Positions 39,004-53,815 are shown, counted from the whole stretch's first letter. The stretch is DNA of 61,123 nt, filler included, from Asterionella formosa (GCA_002256025.1; 11 parts of 11 records of this genome joined end to end with filler, not necessarily neighbours in it); one strand, 5' to 3'. Numbers and translations are program-made. The notes: generated by a model not told the origin, from the letters alone.

Positions 39004-42000
39004 CACATACACACGACGACGTGGGATGGCTCAAGACTGTGGATCAGTACTACTACGGCCTTAATCAAACGATTCAACATGCGCACGTCCAAAGCATCTT
39101 GACCACGGTCGTTCAAGCTCTCCTTGCCAATCCGAATCGGACCTTCACGTACGTGGAAACAAAGTACTTCAGTATGTGGTGGGCAGAGCAATGCGAGCAT
39201 GTCAAGGATTCTGTCAAATCACTCATTCAAAACGGTCAATTCCTCTTTGTCAATGGTGGCTGGTGCATGCACGATGAAGGGGCGACACACTTTATGGGCA
39301 TGATTGATCAAACGACTCTAGGCCATGATTTTCTCAGCAAGGAACTGGGCGTCATTCCTACGATTGGATGGCAGTTGGATCCCTTTGGGCATTCAGCGAC
39401 GCAAGCAAGCTATATGACACACGAAATGGGCTTTGATGCCTTGTATTTTGGGAGAATTGACTACCAAGATTTGAAGAAGCGACACGACGAACAAGAATGT
39501 GAGGGTCTATGGGCTTCATCAGAAAATTTGCCGGATGTGTCCACGTTCTGGGGACTAACGGGAGAGTACGGAGGCCAATATGGACCTCCAAGTGGATTTT
39601 GTTTTGATATCCATTGTGACGATGAGCCGCTTATGGCCATGGATGAAAAACAGTTATTGGATCAGGTAGCCAAGTGGGCAAACGGCCTTCAAATACAAGC
39701 AAGTCGAACAAAAGGCAATCATATCATGCAAACCATGGGAGAAGACTTTAAATACGAGCAAGCGGCTATAGATTTCGCCAACTATGATTTATTGATAAGC
39801 AAACTATTGGAATATCAAGACTCCACGCAAATCGACGTTGCTTCCATCTTTGGTCCGCGATTCAATCGATTGAATATATTTTACTCAAACCCTGCCTACT
39901 ACACGGAAATGAAATACAAAGAGGCATCCACAAATAGTGGTGACATTCATTGGACGACTAAGAATGACGACTTCATGCCATATGCCATACGCGAACATGG
40001 ATACTTGACAGGATACTTTACTTCGCGCTCCGGATTTAAGCGTTTGGAGCGAGTCGGATCATCCTTTTTACTTGCTGCCCGACAGATTGAGAGTTTGAAT
40101 CGAGATGGCTTTGACATAGGAATGAGTGATTGCACAGATACGAATCCACTGCATGAGTTAGAAGATGCTCTTGGTGTGTCACAACACCACGACGCTGTGT
40201 CCGGAACTGCCAAACAGCATGTTGCCAATGATTATGCCAAGCGACTGCAATCTGGTATTGATAACGTCGCGTCGTTTGTGATCAAAAAAATTAAAAAATT
40301 GATTTTGGACGAAAGCAATGCAGATACATACCTCAATGATATGATGTTTTGTCAACTCTTGAACGAAACAAAATGTGACACTGTCGAGGATGCATCAAGG
40401 TCGGGCGATAGGGACATTTATATCTTAGTCTACAACCCTCTTGCAGTTGCCCAACAGACCGTGATCGGTATTCCTGTGGCTATTCCAATTCCGAAAAGAA
40501 AATTGTTGGTCAATAGAGTGGGTGATAGCAACTTCCTTCGTTCGACAATTGTCCTGCCCACCGACGAGGATGGCAAGCATATTTATCGTTTTGAAACTGG
40601 AACACTGCCACCGACAGGAACGATGATTTATAAACTTTCGTGGGGTGAGGAGATCAAAGGGGATGATTTAAAGAGCAGGTTAATCATCAGCGACGATGCG
40701 GTGGAAGGCGATGCCAGCACTACTACTACTTTCTCAAATGGAGTTCTCACAGTAGACTTTGACAGCGCCACTGGTAGGATTCAAAATGTAAAAACAAGGG
40801 AAGGAATTTCCGTAGACTTAACACAAGAGTGGGGCTACTACACTTCCTATGATTCTCGTTTCCATAAAGATGGATACTATCAAAATTCTGGAGCCTATAT
40901 TTTTCGTCCTTCGGAACCCCAAGGGAATATCACCCGAATCAAGCCGAGGAACGCCACTTTTCACATGAGCGAATTGGTGTCTGAAGTCCATGTACAGTTT
41001 GAGCAGCCATGGATCCAACAAACGATGCGCCTCAACGATAAAACGAACTATATCGAGGTGGAGTACACTGTGGGTCCGATTCCCATTGACGATGATATTG
41101 GAAAGGAGGTAATCACGAAGTATTCTTCTAGTATCGAGAGTGATCACGTCTTTTTCACAGATTCCAATGGTAGAGAGTTTCAGAAGCGCGTCCGGCATTG
41201 TCGTTCTACGTGGCACTTGAATGAAACGGAACCTATAGCTGGTAATTATTATCCAGTGAATGCTGCAATTTATGTTGAAGACAAGGTTCGGTCAATGTCG
41301 CTTGTCACTGATCGTTCCGTGGGTGGCTCCTCGCTTGTCGACGGATCTATTGAAGTAATGGTTCACCGACGAATCTTGCGAGACGACTCATTAGGTATCT
41401 TTGAGGCGCTTAATGAAACCACAAAAGGAGTCACCCCCTATCCACCATATGGTGATGCGACGAGACGAGGTGACGGAATCATAATTAAAGGTATACATCG
41501 ACTGTTGATTGGGGGTGGCGGTGATGGGGCGAAATTGGCTCGATCTCAGATGGATGCGATGTTCGCGAGTCCTCTGGTCTTTGCGGCGAGTGCTCTGTCC
41601 ACCACTTCTGTCCCATTAATAAATGATACTTTTGCGCTGCTCCAAGAGGCATTACCGCCCAATGTAATGCTGATAACCTACAAGCTACTTTCAGAATCTC
41701 CAGTAACAACTTTTTTGGTTCGATTAGGGCATCAATATGGAAAAGGTGAAGACCCGCAGCTTTCCGAGCCAGTCCAGATTTGCTTAGGAAAGGTTGTTTC
41801 GCCATATTCGATTGTTTCCATTTCGGAAAAGACGTTATCTGGGAACCAAGGCCTTGATAAGTGGTTGAGAAAGAAAATGAATTGGACTAACGGAGTTGTA
41901 CAAAGTCGACAGCCTGTGGTGTGCCTTGGAGATAACTGTATAATTGAGTTGAACCCGATGGAAATACGTACATTTCAGATTCATGTACGGACAGGAGGAG

Positions 42001-42014
42001 TCGATTCAGAATAA
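39004..42014 (+). CDS. Class II alpha-mannosidase (GH38, lysosomal/vacuolar type), 5' end beyond contig edge
   Basis: HTHDDVGWLKT, GWQLDPFGHS, DALYFGRIDYQD, TGYFTSR, QHHDAVSGT, SGAYIFRP, TDSNGRE and AGNYYP in one uninterrupted ORF of about 1000 aa. Confidence 0.96.
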
Positions 42015-43281
42015 TTGTTCAAGTCTAGGAATGTTGCATGCGAAACATTTCGCATCAAAAGTTAATATTTGACTCAATAGGAATCATTTCTAGCCCACAA
42101 TGCAGTGAAGCACGAGTGGGGATATCAAGGAAGAAATATATTTTGATGCCTAATATATTTATTTTCACCTAATATGCATGGGACCTCATATTGTGGCGTC
42201 CCGGCCACTCAACAAGAACAAATAGTTTTATTCTAATAAGTATTCACTGAATTGCTCTGGAAAGGCGTACAGTCAGGACAAATTTCGAAAAGTTCGAGGT
42301 TCAGTCGATTGGTACTATGGTATTCGACACTGTTAAGGTTGTACCTATTCGCCACAGATTGAAAGCAGTAATTGAAAAAAGTAATTGGAATCTTTCCCGC
42401 AAATCCATCTTCGAGCCATCCATTTTTCTCACAGTAATGGGAACGACAATACCTTTCTATGTCGACAGTATATTTAAGCCTTGGAAACGGTATATAATGC
42501 AAGCGACGAATTCGTGAAAGCAAAACAATTTTTCGGAGAATTATCCAAAAGACCTCCCAAGCCGGCTCAAGTTTGACACAACCTACAAAGGGAACAAAAC
42601 GAAGTATATCTTTGGCCATGCGAGTCACACATGTTTCTCTGGAATTTTTTCGGCACTTAACTTATATTACGGGTCCACTAGTACCCGTAGTCCCATTTCT
42701 TGTTCTAAGCGGTTCATTGTTTGAGCATTTATGAATTACTCGAAATGGTGGGACCAAAACGACAACAAAAAGAGTGGTGGCTCTGTGTGTGAATGAAGAA
42801 GAGGTGAGACCAAATCAGATTCAAAAGTTGTGAGAAACCTGAATTATATAGGTATTTCAAACTTTCCCTGGGTGTCACCGTGCGAGATTATCGGTAGAAA
42901 TTTGTAAATCAAGTATTTTTTTTTATTACCACAATACTGGACCAGAACAATCGGACACAAGAAAAGTACGAGCAGGATAACAATGTGACCTGGAGGTAGT
43001 TATGTACATGTTTAGCTAGTTTCCGAAAGAACTCGTTGAACAAACGGGTTTGACACTGTGGATGGGTGGGCGAGGATGATATCGCCTGTGGTTCTACTGT
43101 TGGAGAATATCTTGTGTTTTGTTATGGAGGTTTTGAGACTACCGGCATGTTATCCAAAAGCAAAAAATCTCTTGACAATCATGCAGGTAACGACGAAAAT
43201 GGTAAAGGTTGCGACTAAAATATTTAGGTCCCAGATTCTACGAGGCATACAATGTGTACATTACATCACTGATAAATAATT

Positions 43282-44284
43282 CTATCTTGTTATTACAGTA
43301 TTCCAGTCCACATCTCTCAACTGGCATTGCTCATTTTTGCTGTCGCGAGCGATATCGCTTATAAGGCCGAGTCGGCGTCGATTTAATCCAGAACATATCA
43401 AGAACTGTGCTGGACCACACATTCTTTCGTCACATTGGAGGCAATCATTCAATGAACCGTCGGCTTTGTTGGTGCTGTTGGTGCCACCAGTAATTTCATT
43501 TAGAAGACTTAGAAGACAAGTAAACTTGCAATGCGTTTTGGTGCATTTAATATTTTCGACCCAACAATCCTCACATGGTTTTGTAAAGCCAACGTTCTTC
43601 TCCAAACACTTATGTACCGCCTTGAGGCCCCCGGTGAGGGACATTAAGGCGCATTTTTTGGAGGTTGTGGTTAGTGTCTTGACGGTTTTGGCTTGAATTC
43701 CAATGTCGATGGGGTTCGAGCAGTGGCCGCATTGACCACAGTGAGCCACTTTGTAGTCATCGTCATGAGCATCTTGTGATGATGGAAAGGTGCTAAAATC
43801 GATGTTTGGGACTGACATGTTGTTCCTTATTGCACAAACATCAGATGTGTTGTATAATGACATGGTTGAAGGTGCCCTTAGGAAGGCTCTCTTTTCGAGG
43901 CTCGATCCAACTTTGGCCACAACAATAAAGACAATCAATGCAGCTGTTATGAACTTTGAAATGATGTATAATTCGTAAAGAATGATGATTAGCCATCGTT
44001 TGACACTGCAAGAACTGGCTGGGACCCGTAGTACTACTTTTCTTGGCCAAGTCAATACTATCATCCGTATCAGGGACAGCGATTGAATTATCTTCGTCAC
44101 TTCCTGTTGTAGAAATTGTATCTGAAATTGACTCTGAGAACTCGGAATTGAGTAGTTCCTTTTTCTGGTGTACTTGGTTGTTACCTCCCAGGGATAGTAC
44201 GTCTAACGCCATCTCCACATCGTCGGGAATATTGACTGACGTTGAATCAATGACTTGGTCTTCTTCATAGATTGTAATTACCAT
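43282..44284 (-). CDS. Membrane-anchored Cys-rich protein of unknown function; apparent frameshift between 44100 and about 43990
   Basis: Acidic N-terminus from ATG 44284 in one frame. TM helix and HCGQCGHCSN...CEDCWVENIKC...CLQCDERMCGP..NRRRLG..SDIAR in another frame. Confidence 0.65.
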
Positions 44285-44563
44285 GATTGAGTCGTTGATG
44301 GCAAGTATTCTTCTGGAGCAATTTTAGTATTAATTGCTGATTTTAGATTGGCAAAAATGTGACCACCATATAAAAATGTTGTGTACCTGGTACCATGAGG
44401 TAGCATACATGACTCAACCCCATTGGACGAGCATGACTGCGACAAGATAAATAATGTGCGATTNNNNNNNNNNNNNNNNNNNNNNNNNNNNNNNNNNNNN
44501 NNNNNNNTTAATTAATTAANNNNNNNNNNNNNNNNNNNNNNNNNNNNNNNNNNNNNNNNNNNN

Positions 44564-45990
44564 GACCAGAAGGGTGTAATATGAAGAAGTGATTGGGAAA
44601 TGTGCTTGTGGTGGCTGGTATCACTGCACGCAATTGTTGAACAGTAGCAACAATTAATTGGCTGGTATGTGCCGGAGGCACATTGCGTACATGATGCATA
44701 TGCCACCAGGATTTAAAAGCACTCTACCATCAGGATTGTCAAGTCACCGCAATGACCACAAAGCTCATCAGACAGGCGGGGGGACTGGCTGTTTCTAGCG
44801 TTTGGACAGCAATACTGAAAATATATTGCAGAAGACACTGGGGGAGCGAGGTTAGACCCAGATGATCATATCAAAATGGGAGCCATGCTTGCAACCCTTT
44901 AGGGATAACTGAAAAGAAAATGGACACAAGCTTTTTGCTCCCTGCCCCTTCTGGAGAAACCTCACCAACCACATGATAACAGGACAGTAAATGCGCCAGA
45001 ACAGCAATTGAAGGTTACACACAGTGTCTGGATAGCTAGGAATCAGGAACTTCACCAAGAAAAACACAAAAGATTGGCGCAGACTTGGAAAGGGCGGAAT
45101 TCATTATCACTGCATCTAGAAATTTTGCGGCTATACTAGGTCAAACAAGATTAAGAACATTCTTCCCCTCCTAGAACGCTCAGAGCGAGATAAGCCAAAG
45201 TCTACACCCACCAAACACAGACAAAGAAATAAGTACACAAACCACAGAGCATATCCAGGATACAGACTCGCACACCATAGAATTGGCACTATCTCAACAA
45301 AGGGAACAGATCATCAAAATACAATTTAAAAAATAGTCCTATGCGAGGGAGTGACTACCAAACCAAACAAACCAACTTCCCCAATCCTTCTGGGCCTTGG
45401 AGTGCAATCAATACAATCCTGTAGCTAGGCTGGTACTAATGCGCTATAAAACTTTTTAAATATAATAGGAGATCTGAGATTGTTCCATTGCTAGGCTACA
45501 CAATGGGCTCCAACAAGCAAGGATGAGATGATGTTTCTATGGTTTCTATGTTTTTATCTGGGATGGCTCCTCACTGAGGTTGTGGGACATGCTTCGTTTG
45601 TTGCTGGGGTACGTAAATGGCCCACCACTACCCTCAATATATTAAGGGCTGTAACTGGGTTCCACGGAAGTGCTTGGCCCTTCACTGGGAACATGCGATG
45701 GTTCACCACTGGGCTGGTAGGACTTGATTGGTTTGATAGTGGGATAAATAGATGGTACACAAATACAGCCATCTGGGTTCACCACTTGGTAAATGGATAG
45801 GTTCATTAACAGGATTGTTGGATATGTTTGGTATGTCGCTGGGAGAACTAAATGGTACACCACTTCCCTTCTTATAGGATGGGTTTTGACTGGGTTCTGG
45901 GGAAGTGCTTGGCTCTCTTGAACTAGTATGACTACTGCCTTACCAGGAAAGTGGGATCTGTTGGTGTAGATGTGGGATTGATAGCAACAT
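44564..45990 (-). pseudogene. Decayed cell-surface protein with PS/PT-rich repeats and a CxxCxxGTY motif
   Basis: PSIYPTIKP..PSGEPSHVPSEGPS (45642-45863) and CTQCASGTYQP (about 44650-44700). Fragmented. Confidence 0.35.
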
Positions 45991-47090
45991 AAATTATTTC
46001 ATGAGCTCTACTAAGTAGATACCAAAAAACTTGATAGATCTGAAATCTTTGGTAGTGAAAAACATTACTATTACCTCTTCAGAACACTAAAAATTGGAAC
46101 TCACTTGTTATAATGCATTTTTTAAGACCAGGGGGTGACATGATGAACTTCATAGCACAGCCTGCCAACATGTCTGTGTGTTTCCCTAGTTTTGTTAGCA
46201 TATGTGAGTCCCCAAACATCATTTACGAAAGGAGATAATTTNNNNNNNNNNNNNNNNNNNNNNNNNNNNNNNNNNNNNNNNNNNNNNNNNNNNNNNNNNN
46301 NNNNNNNNNNNNNNNNNNNNNNNNNNNNNNNNNNNNNNNNNNNNNNNNNNNNNNNNNNNNNNNNNNNNNNNNNNNNNNNNNNNNNNNNNNNNNNNNNNNN
46401 NNNNNNNNNNNNNNNNNNNNNNNNNNNNNNNNNNNNNNNNNNNNNNNNNNNNNNNNNNNNNNNNNNNNNNNNNNNNNNNNNNNNNNNNNNNNNNNNNNNN
46501 NNNNNNNNNNNNNNNNNNNNNNNNNNNNNNNNNNNNNNNNNNNNNNNNNNNNNNNNNNNNNNNNNNNNNNNNNNNNNNNNNNNNNNNNNNNNNNNNNNNN
46601 NNNNNNNNNNNNNNNNNNNNNNNNNNNNNNNNNNNNNNNNNNNNNNNNNNNNNNNNNNNNNNNNNNNNNNNNNNNNNNNNNNNNNNNNNNNNNNNNNNNN
46701 NNNNNNNNNNNNTTATGCTCTAGTAAATGGTTTTACTTACTTTTTTCGAGCTAGGATTAAACCATGCAAATATTAATGAATAAACTACATTAACCTTTCC
46801 AAGATGAGATCAACCCGCAGTCAGCAAATATAGCTTAATAACATTTAGCTCACTCTATTTACATTTCAATAATTTTTATAGCGCATTAGTACTAGCCTAT
46901 TTACATGATTGTATTCATTGCGCTCCATGGCCCAGAAAACATGCATGGTGGGGCAGTGCAGAGGTTTGTGCGGTCACTCCCTCATGCAGGAGTCTTGTAG
47001 AAAAGTTTTGCCATCAGTGTTTATAGCCAGGCACACAAAAGAACACTTGTCTTACAGCCAGGTCGGTTGAGAAGCTGGTTTCCTGAACTG

Positions 47091-47560
47091 AATGATGCTA
47101 TTGGATGGATTTTGGTCGTTTTGGTCTACCTTCATGACTTTCTTGTCAATTCTTTTGGTCTTTCATCTGCTTCTTTTTCAGTATGTACTATGTACTAGGT
47201 ATGGTGGGATGGAAATGGCCTGTTTGGATCTGATTTGGATTTCTGGTCATCTTCAAAAAAGCCTTCTTCAATTCAATGATGCTGTTAGATGGATTGCGGT
47301 CGTTGTGGTCAATCTGCCTGAGTTTCTTGTTCAATCTGCATGAGTTTCTTGTTAATTCTTGTGGCTCTTTCATCTGTTTTTTTGTATGTACTGTGTACTA
47401 GCTATGGTGGGACGGAAATGATCTGTTGGGATCTGATTTGGATTTGTGGACATCTTCAAAAGCCTTACTCAGTTTAATGATGCCGTTGAATGGATTGCTT
47501 TCATTTTTGTCCATGAGTTCCTTGTCAATTCTTGTGGCTCTTTCATCTGCTTGTACCATC
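47091..47560. repeat. Diverged tandem repeat, about 185-200 bp unit x2.4
   Basis: AATGATGC..TGGATT...TTCTTGTYAATTCTT..TCTTTCATCTG recurs at about 47091, 47275 and 47476. Confidence 0.8.
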
Positions 47561-48242
47561 TTGCTTGTATATTGTGTAGCTGCAGTGGCGCTGAAACCGA
47601 CTCATTGATGGTGTAGCTGTAAATATACATTGCCCTCCCTGGTGAGAGAGGGTGCTTATCAGCGCTTTTAGGATTGCTGTGGCTCACTTTTTGGACTTGA
47701 TCACCCAAACAGTGCAGGGCAATTGGTCCCTCTAGTATAAATTGATAATCATTTCCTAAAGCAAGTTTTGCATTTTCCAACAAAAAGCAGTAAAATGATC
47801 ATATATGCATGCCTTTGAATGTGACATGGCCACCATGCTACTCTAATGATCCTAGACAAGAATTAAATGCAACTCACATTTTATGATCCTCAATGCCTGG
47901 AAAGCCCAAACAACCTAAATGAATAGTACTTTGAACCATTCATTTTCATGACAACCCCATCCACCAGCTCACACACCAGTAGATTGAAAGTGAATTTCTA
48001 CCCTTCAGAACATCTACAAAACATTTTTTGTTTTTGCTTGTGCCTGGTACTCCTGGGGGTATACTGATATTACTAGTACTCAATACCAGCAAGTATTTAA
48101 ATGAATTAATTCAAATGTGAAAGGGACATTTCAATGGAGATTCAGGCATTGTGAAAGAATTTAATACTATTCAACAGAAGCACAGTATAGCTATATATTT
48201 TCTTTTGTGACCCAAATGGCCTGCAGCAAGTGCAAGGAAAAC

Positions 48243-50019
48243 TTATGCCAAATTGATGATACATTCCTTGGCAATCTTGGGACCTACATGATGCAAAAAT
48301 TCTTCTAGATGTGGTTGAACGATGGCTTGTCCTTGAGGTTGTAACATGGAGAGTGTGAGCAGAGAGGGAACAGACAAGCGAATTTTGTTGATGACCTCCT
48401 CTTCCTCCTCATCTGTTTCTTGACTGATTGGTGATGGACCCATGTACAAGGTTCCATAATGATTTGGCATTTGACGCAAAATGCTTTGTCCTGCCTTTCC
48501 ATCAACCCATTGATAATGTGTTGGACATAGTAATTCTGATGGATGATACTCCATTTTGTATCTCATTTTCGGGCAACTTTCAATATAATACCCAAGATAG
48601 TAGTATGGTTTGTTCAATGCCAGTGTGAAGTCAATTTCTTTCAAAATGGCATATTTGCCCATGGCTACTATGGTATGTGAAAACTGTGCATCATAGAATG
48701 CATACACGGAAGATACACCGTTGGGTAATACATCCACAACACCAACAGCAACCAATTGATCGGCAATTCGATAATGTTGATGAAATGTTCCTTCCTTGGC
48801 TAATGATGTGGATATTAATGGTGATTCCACCAAAAATCTATAAAATCCTATATACATGGATTTGATCCATCTCCATCGATCTGCTGGATATTGTTGTTGT
48901 TTCAACATTTCCAATGCTTTGTTTTGAAACTCTATCGTTGCATCACCCCAATCTTCCATGTCATTTTCATCCTCATGCACATGTTGTTCTTCTGTCAACT
49001 GACATTTCAATGGATGTACATCACCATGAATGTCATGTTGATAGTCAAAATACAAACGATGAACATCAGGACATAAAGCAGAATCTGTAGCCGACATTGT
49101 TGTAATTTGCATTTGATATGGTGGCTGTGGTGGTGGTTGCGTGTGAAACCACATTTGAAGATTTGTTGAGAGTCCATGTCGTGTTTCTTCGTCTGTTTCC
49201 ATGGACTGTTGTATATCCAAAAAGTTGACAGGATTTGTTTGTTTCCTGGTAGTGATCAAAATTTGTCCAGATGATTCATGAACCATCATATTGATAATTC
49301 TCCCATCGTCACAGTGATGTTCCTTCAAGAAATTTACCACTTGTTCTGCCAATACATCTTTTTGAATCTTTCCCTTGGATGGACCAGCAATCGCCGCACA
49401 TACTTTAGTTACAAACGTGATTGTCGTCGCATTCGTCGTCATTTTGGACGATTGTATTTTGTACGTAACCTTTCCATCAAATGAAATCGTTGTAGATGAA
49501 AGCGTTTTTGCTAATGCTTGAGTTGTCCATTGTTCCAATTGCTGTATCATTGTGTTGTTGTTACTAGTTGTGGTTGTTGTTGGTTTCCGCTTTGGTGAGT
49601 TGTTGGATGTACGTGTGTGTTGTGTTTGTCCCACTGCCATTAATCGTTCCATTCGATGCAATACCCGACGTTGTGATTTAGTAGGCGCAAATGATTCTAC
49701 TGGCAATCGTATGGCCAACGCCGGACAACATGACAATTCATTCTTTGGTAGATAGACATGCAATCCACTTCGTCTCCAGCCACGACAGATCAAGCGTTCG
49801 TAGGTCCATGGCGTCAAGTCTTGAAACAGCAATCCATACGATGTACTACTCTCCGTACCAATGCCTGCATTAGCAGCAGTACTAGTGCGAGTGGTGCTAG
49901 CAAGACGACGAGATCCATGACAATATCCACAAGAGGAGCATGTGATACCACATATTCGTAACAAATTTCGTTGGGGAGTGACTGAACTTGTCCTGTTGTT
50001 GTTGTTGTTGTTGTTGTTG
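48243..50019 (-). CDS. ATE1: Arginyl-tRNA--protein transferase; N-terminus (poly-Asn) beyond contig edge
   Basis: CGYC, RGWRRSG, SCCP..IRL (ATE_N); GTFHQHYR..LVAVGVVDVLP..VSSVY.FYD, YYYLGYYI..CPKMRYK..Y.PSELLCP (ATE_C). The frame is open to 50019. Confidence 0.95.
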
Positions 50020-50119
50020 NNNNNNNNNNNNNNNNNNNNNNNNNNNNNNNNNNNNNNNNNNNNTTAATTAATTAANNNNNNNNNNNNNNNNNNNNNNNNN
50101 NNNNNNNNNNNNNNNNNNN

Positions 50120-50805
50120 TCGCAACGAATCTACTGGGCGAAATAACCACTATCGTGATGCCTAGTCTAATGGGTGAGGACAATACCGGTGCGATTTATT
50201 TAACGAAAAACCATCAGGTCGGGGCACGTACAAAACACATCGACGTTAGATACCACTATGTACGAGAACAAGTCGAAAACGGAACGATTAAGGTTGACTA
50301 CGTCAATACGGAAAAGAATCCAGCAGATGTTCTAACTAAAAATGTCACGGACAAGATTATGAACATGCACGGATATGCGATCCAAAACGGGATGATGGAT
50401 TGTTGGAACAAGGAGAGTGTTAAAGTGAGCTCATCTACGTAGTTAGGACTCGGAGTCAAACGAGTCAAACGATTCGAATGAGTCCACTTTGATGTACCAA
50501 GCTCTCATCAACCACACATTATACTTTGCTACTCCGACTATAATGAGCCGGACAACATAAGCTATTTCGGAAGACCGATAGTTTGAAATGAATGATCATG
50601 GTTAAATACCTATGATCAGTAAGTGTGAGATAGACATGGGTCTATCTATGATTGTATGTTCCTAGAAATGCAAACAGCATTTGGAGAATAGTTCGTTTGT
50701 TTTGTTCAAACAGAACAACCTAAACTAGATTAGTAAACTCACAATAAGAATATAGAAACGGAAAGAGAAACGAACGTCTCTATCTATAGTCTTCTTTGTC
50801 TAACG
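50120..50805 (+). mobile_element. Ty1/Copia 3' end: RNase H, PPT and 3' LTR (about 50418-50805)
   Basis: EDNTGAI...RTKHIDVRYHYVRE..NPADVLTK, then AAGGAGAG followed by TGTTAAAG. The LTR right end (..CTAACG) is inferred. Confidence 0.85.
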
Positions 50806-50988
50806 ATATAGATCTATACAAAAAAGGTAATACTTTAACACTATGATAGGGTGAAACTCATTCTCCCAATCCAAGAAATTGGGGGGTTCTACCAGAGAGG
50901 TAGATTCCATCAGGGTCAAAGGCACAGAGTGAACGTAGAATAGGTTTACCAGTACCAACCACCCAATGAGTGTACATATTAAGCAATG

Positions 50989-51784
50989 ACTAAAAATGTG
51001 CGGTACCACTTAGAAACCATAAGCCACCACTATGAGGACTTTTGAACTGTAAGCCACTGCTAAACAGCAGAGTAAAAGCACAGTTTGAACTTAGTTTGGA
51101 AGATACGTTAATTATTGTCACGAAGGAGTTGCTCAGATTTATATACTGAGTAAATATGTACGGACTTGTATTGTTGCATTGTGTAAGTTGTTAACTACTT
51201 ATTGTGACCCAAAGGTTGCTGTCGACACGAAATTGCGAAAAATGGAAATTTTCATGTTTACTCCATGTATTGAGCTGACATCATCATTTCTACACGTGCA
51301 CATGTATATGAACAAAAATAATGATATTCTTCTCAAATAATTAATTTACTATAATTTAATGTATGTACGACGTCATTCTGCGTTCGAATACACCATGCGT
51401 CAGAAGAATGCAGTGATGATGCAAGCGCAAAAAGCATACTGCATCATAAGCAAAGTGATACGAAAAGAATTTCTGTAATATGAACGGAGTAAAAATAATC
51501 ACGGTTTGGGGGGAAAATATACTCATATATGGATAGAAAAATATGCACTGTAAGCCACCGCTATGCAACAATCGTAATGACTTTGAAAAAATTAGGTCTG
51601 CATGGCTTTATACACTGAATCAAAACTGATTACTTATTCGTAGAATAGAGTGCATTGTGTAACATACACTTCGTACTTGCATCAGGTTTCGATTGTAATA
51701 TTACTTGAATATTATTAGTCAGAAGATGGAGTAAAATAATGGTGGCTTACAGTTTTTAAGTGAGAATATGTACCAGCATTTAGA
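50989..51784. mobile_element. Possible MITE with imperfect inverted ends and repeated ACTGTAAGCCAC motif
   Basis: TAAGCCAC motifs at about 51020, 51050 and 51551, and inverted at about 51743. The GTAC..CACTTA flank is mirrored. Confidence 0.4.
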
Positions 51785-51859
51785 TGTAGAATATATAAAG
51801 TCTCTGCATAAATGAATGCATAATATTTACTATGTATTATACTGAACTGATACAATATT

Positions 51860-52137
51860 TATACATACATACATACATACATACATACATACATACATAC
51901 ATACATACATACATACATACATACATACATACATACATACATACATAGATACATAGATACATAGATACATAGATACATAGATACATAGATACATAGATAC
52001 ATAGATACATAGATACATAGATACATACACACATACATACATACATACATACATACATACATACATACATACATACATACATACATACATAGATACATAG
52101 ATACATAGATACATAGATACATAGATATATACATACA
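51860..52137. repeat. Compound microsatellite (TACA)n/(TACATAGA)n
   Basis: Directly visible alternating blocks. Confidence 0.98.
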
Positions 52138-53815
52138 TTCATTGTTAATTGATCTACATGTATGCATTTTCTTCGAGTATGATGTTTGCTAGTACTGGTA
52201 CTGGTAGTAGTAGTGGCGACCTCATGACAATGATGATAATAACTACGTCTATTGTAAACAGATAAATCACAAATTACTAATCAATTGTTGTTTTCGGGTA
52301 ATGATGTTGTAGTTTATGGCTACTTGATGTATGACGGTTATGTATAACAATTCGCGTTTTGATCCAGCAATAAACCACGGAGATATTGTCGCAGCGGCCA
52401 AGCGCCATTTTCTTCCACTGATTTTCTATTTTAGCTATTTTCCAATGAATATCAAAGCTACATGAACATTTCTTTCACTACTTCCTAGCGATACTAGTAT
52501 TCTATCTAGGATCTTAATAAAAGTGTTAAGCAGTTGTACAAAAGTAAAAATTGAAAATCATTTTTATCATCATTTGTTTAATGATAATGGGAAATCTCTC
52601 ATGTTCAATTCACTGTATAAATACGTAAAGAACATGCATTTTTTTATTACATGTTCATATGACATGTACCACAGCCGTTTGCACTTCTGTATATAGTATG
52701 AAATGCATGTAAACAAGAAGATTTCTGGAATAAGGAATCTTGGCACTGCTCGGGAAACTGGATTTTTCATAAATCAGTTTTTAAAATTTGATATTTTAAC
52801 AAATTTTGAAATGAATGGGCCAGCGTGAAACCATTAGAAATTACCATAGGAGTCGAATTTGAGTGCCTGTTGCTGGTGCCTCGTTTTGGTTTCAGTAAAA
52901 TGGCTGCAGCTTGCAGGCACACACTCCACTGATGCCGGGACGCTGTTACTTACATGATCCATAGACTACTGTGCATACACTGTAATACGAGTGCATCAAT
53001 ATGTAGATATTATAGAGGCAAACTACCAGGGGTACATAGTACATCATACTCCGACCACCAATCATTCCAGTATTTACCTACAGGAATTTCATCACAGTTA
53101 CTTATAAATCATGGTAGCAGTACAAGGTGGAAAAGTACTCCCTCTGTTCTCCGGTATAATTGCAACACGCTCAGCGAGGACTAACCCGGCTCAATCCATG
53201 TCCTTCAAAGGAGCCCTCTGTACAAGCAATATGCATTATCTACACGAGACGATGCAGGCTATGGGTATGCCAGTTAGATCTGTGTATTTAGGCGTGTATT
53301 ACACTAAATACTAGCAATATATTTTCATCGTTTAGGGCTATTGATTATTGTTGGTCAGCGTAATGACCTGTACCTGTATGTGTAATATTGGCTATTACTA
53401 CCAAAGAGATATAGCTAAATTTAAAAAACTAATAGTAGTAAATATATAGTAGTACCTGGTGGGAAATGAGGTTGTGTGCTTAGATTCCCACAATTTTTAG
53501 AAGCGATTGTTGGGTTCAACTTCCACACTCCTCACCATCCCGCACGGTCTTGCCTGATGTGCAAGGAAAGGTGGGTTGCCCTGGCCCTACAAGTAGCTTT
53601 TGTTGCATTCCTAGGCAGTCGGAGTTTCCCCTAATGCTGCGGCTTAGAAAATCATATTTCGCAAAAGTTGGCTGGGGACTCACCTACGTTAAAAAAACTA
53701 GGGAAGAGCAGGACTTGTTGGCAGGCTGTGCTATGATAAAACAACATGTAACCATGATGTCTCAGCCAGAAAGCGTGTTATAAGTGATTACCCTTAATAT
53801 ATACCTGGTTTTTTT

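Noticed and set aside
46192..46776. 194-aa ORF
   Set aside because: Almost entirely a scaffold N-gap (46242-46712).
51830..52167. MYVC-repeat ORFs
   Set aside because: Translations of a TACA/TACATAGA microsatellite.
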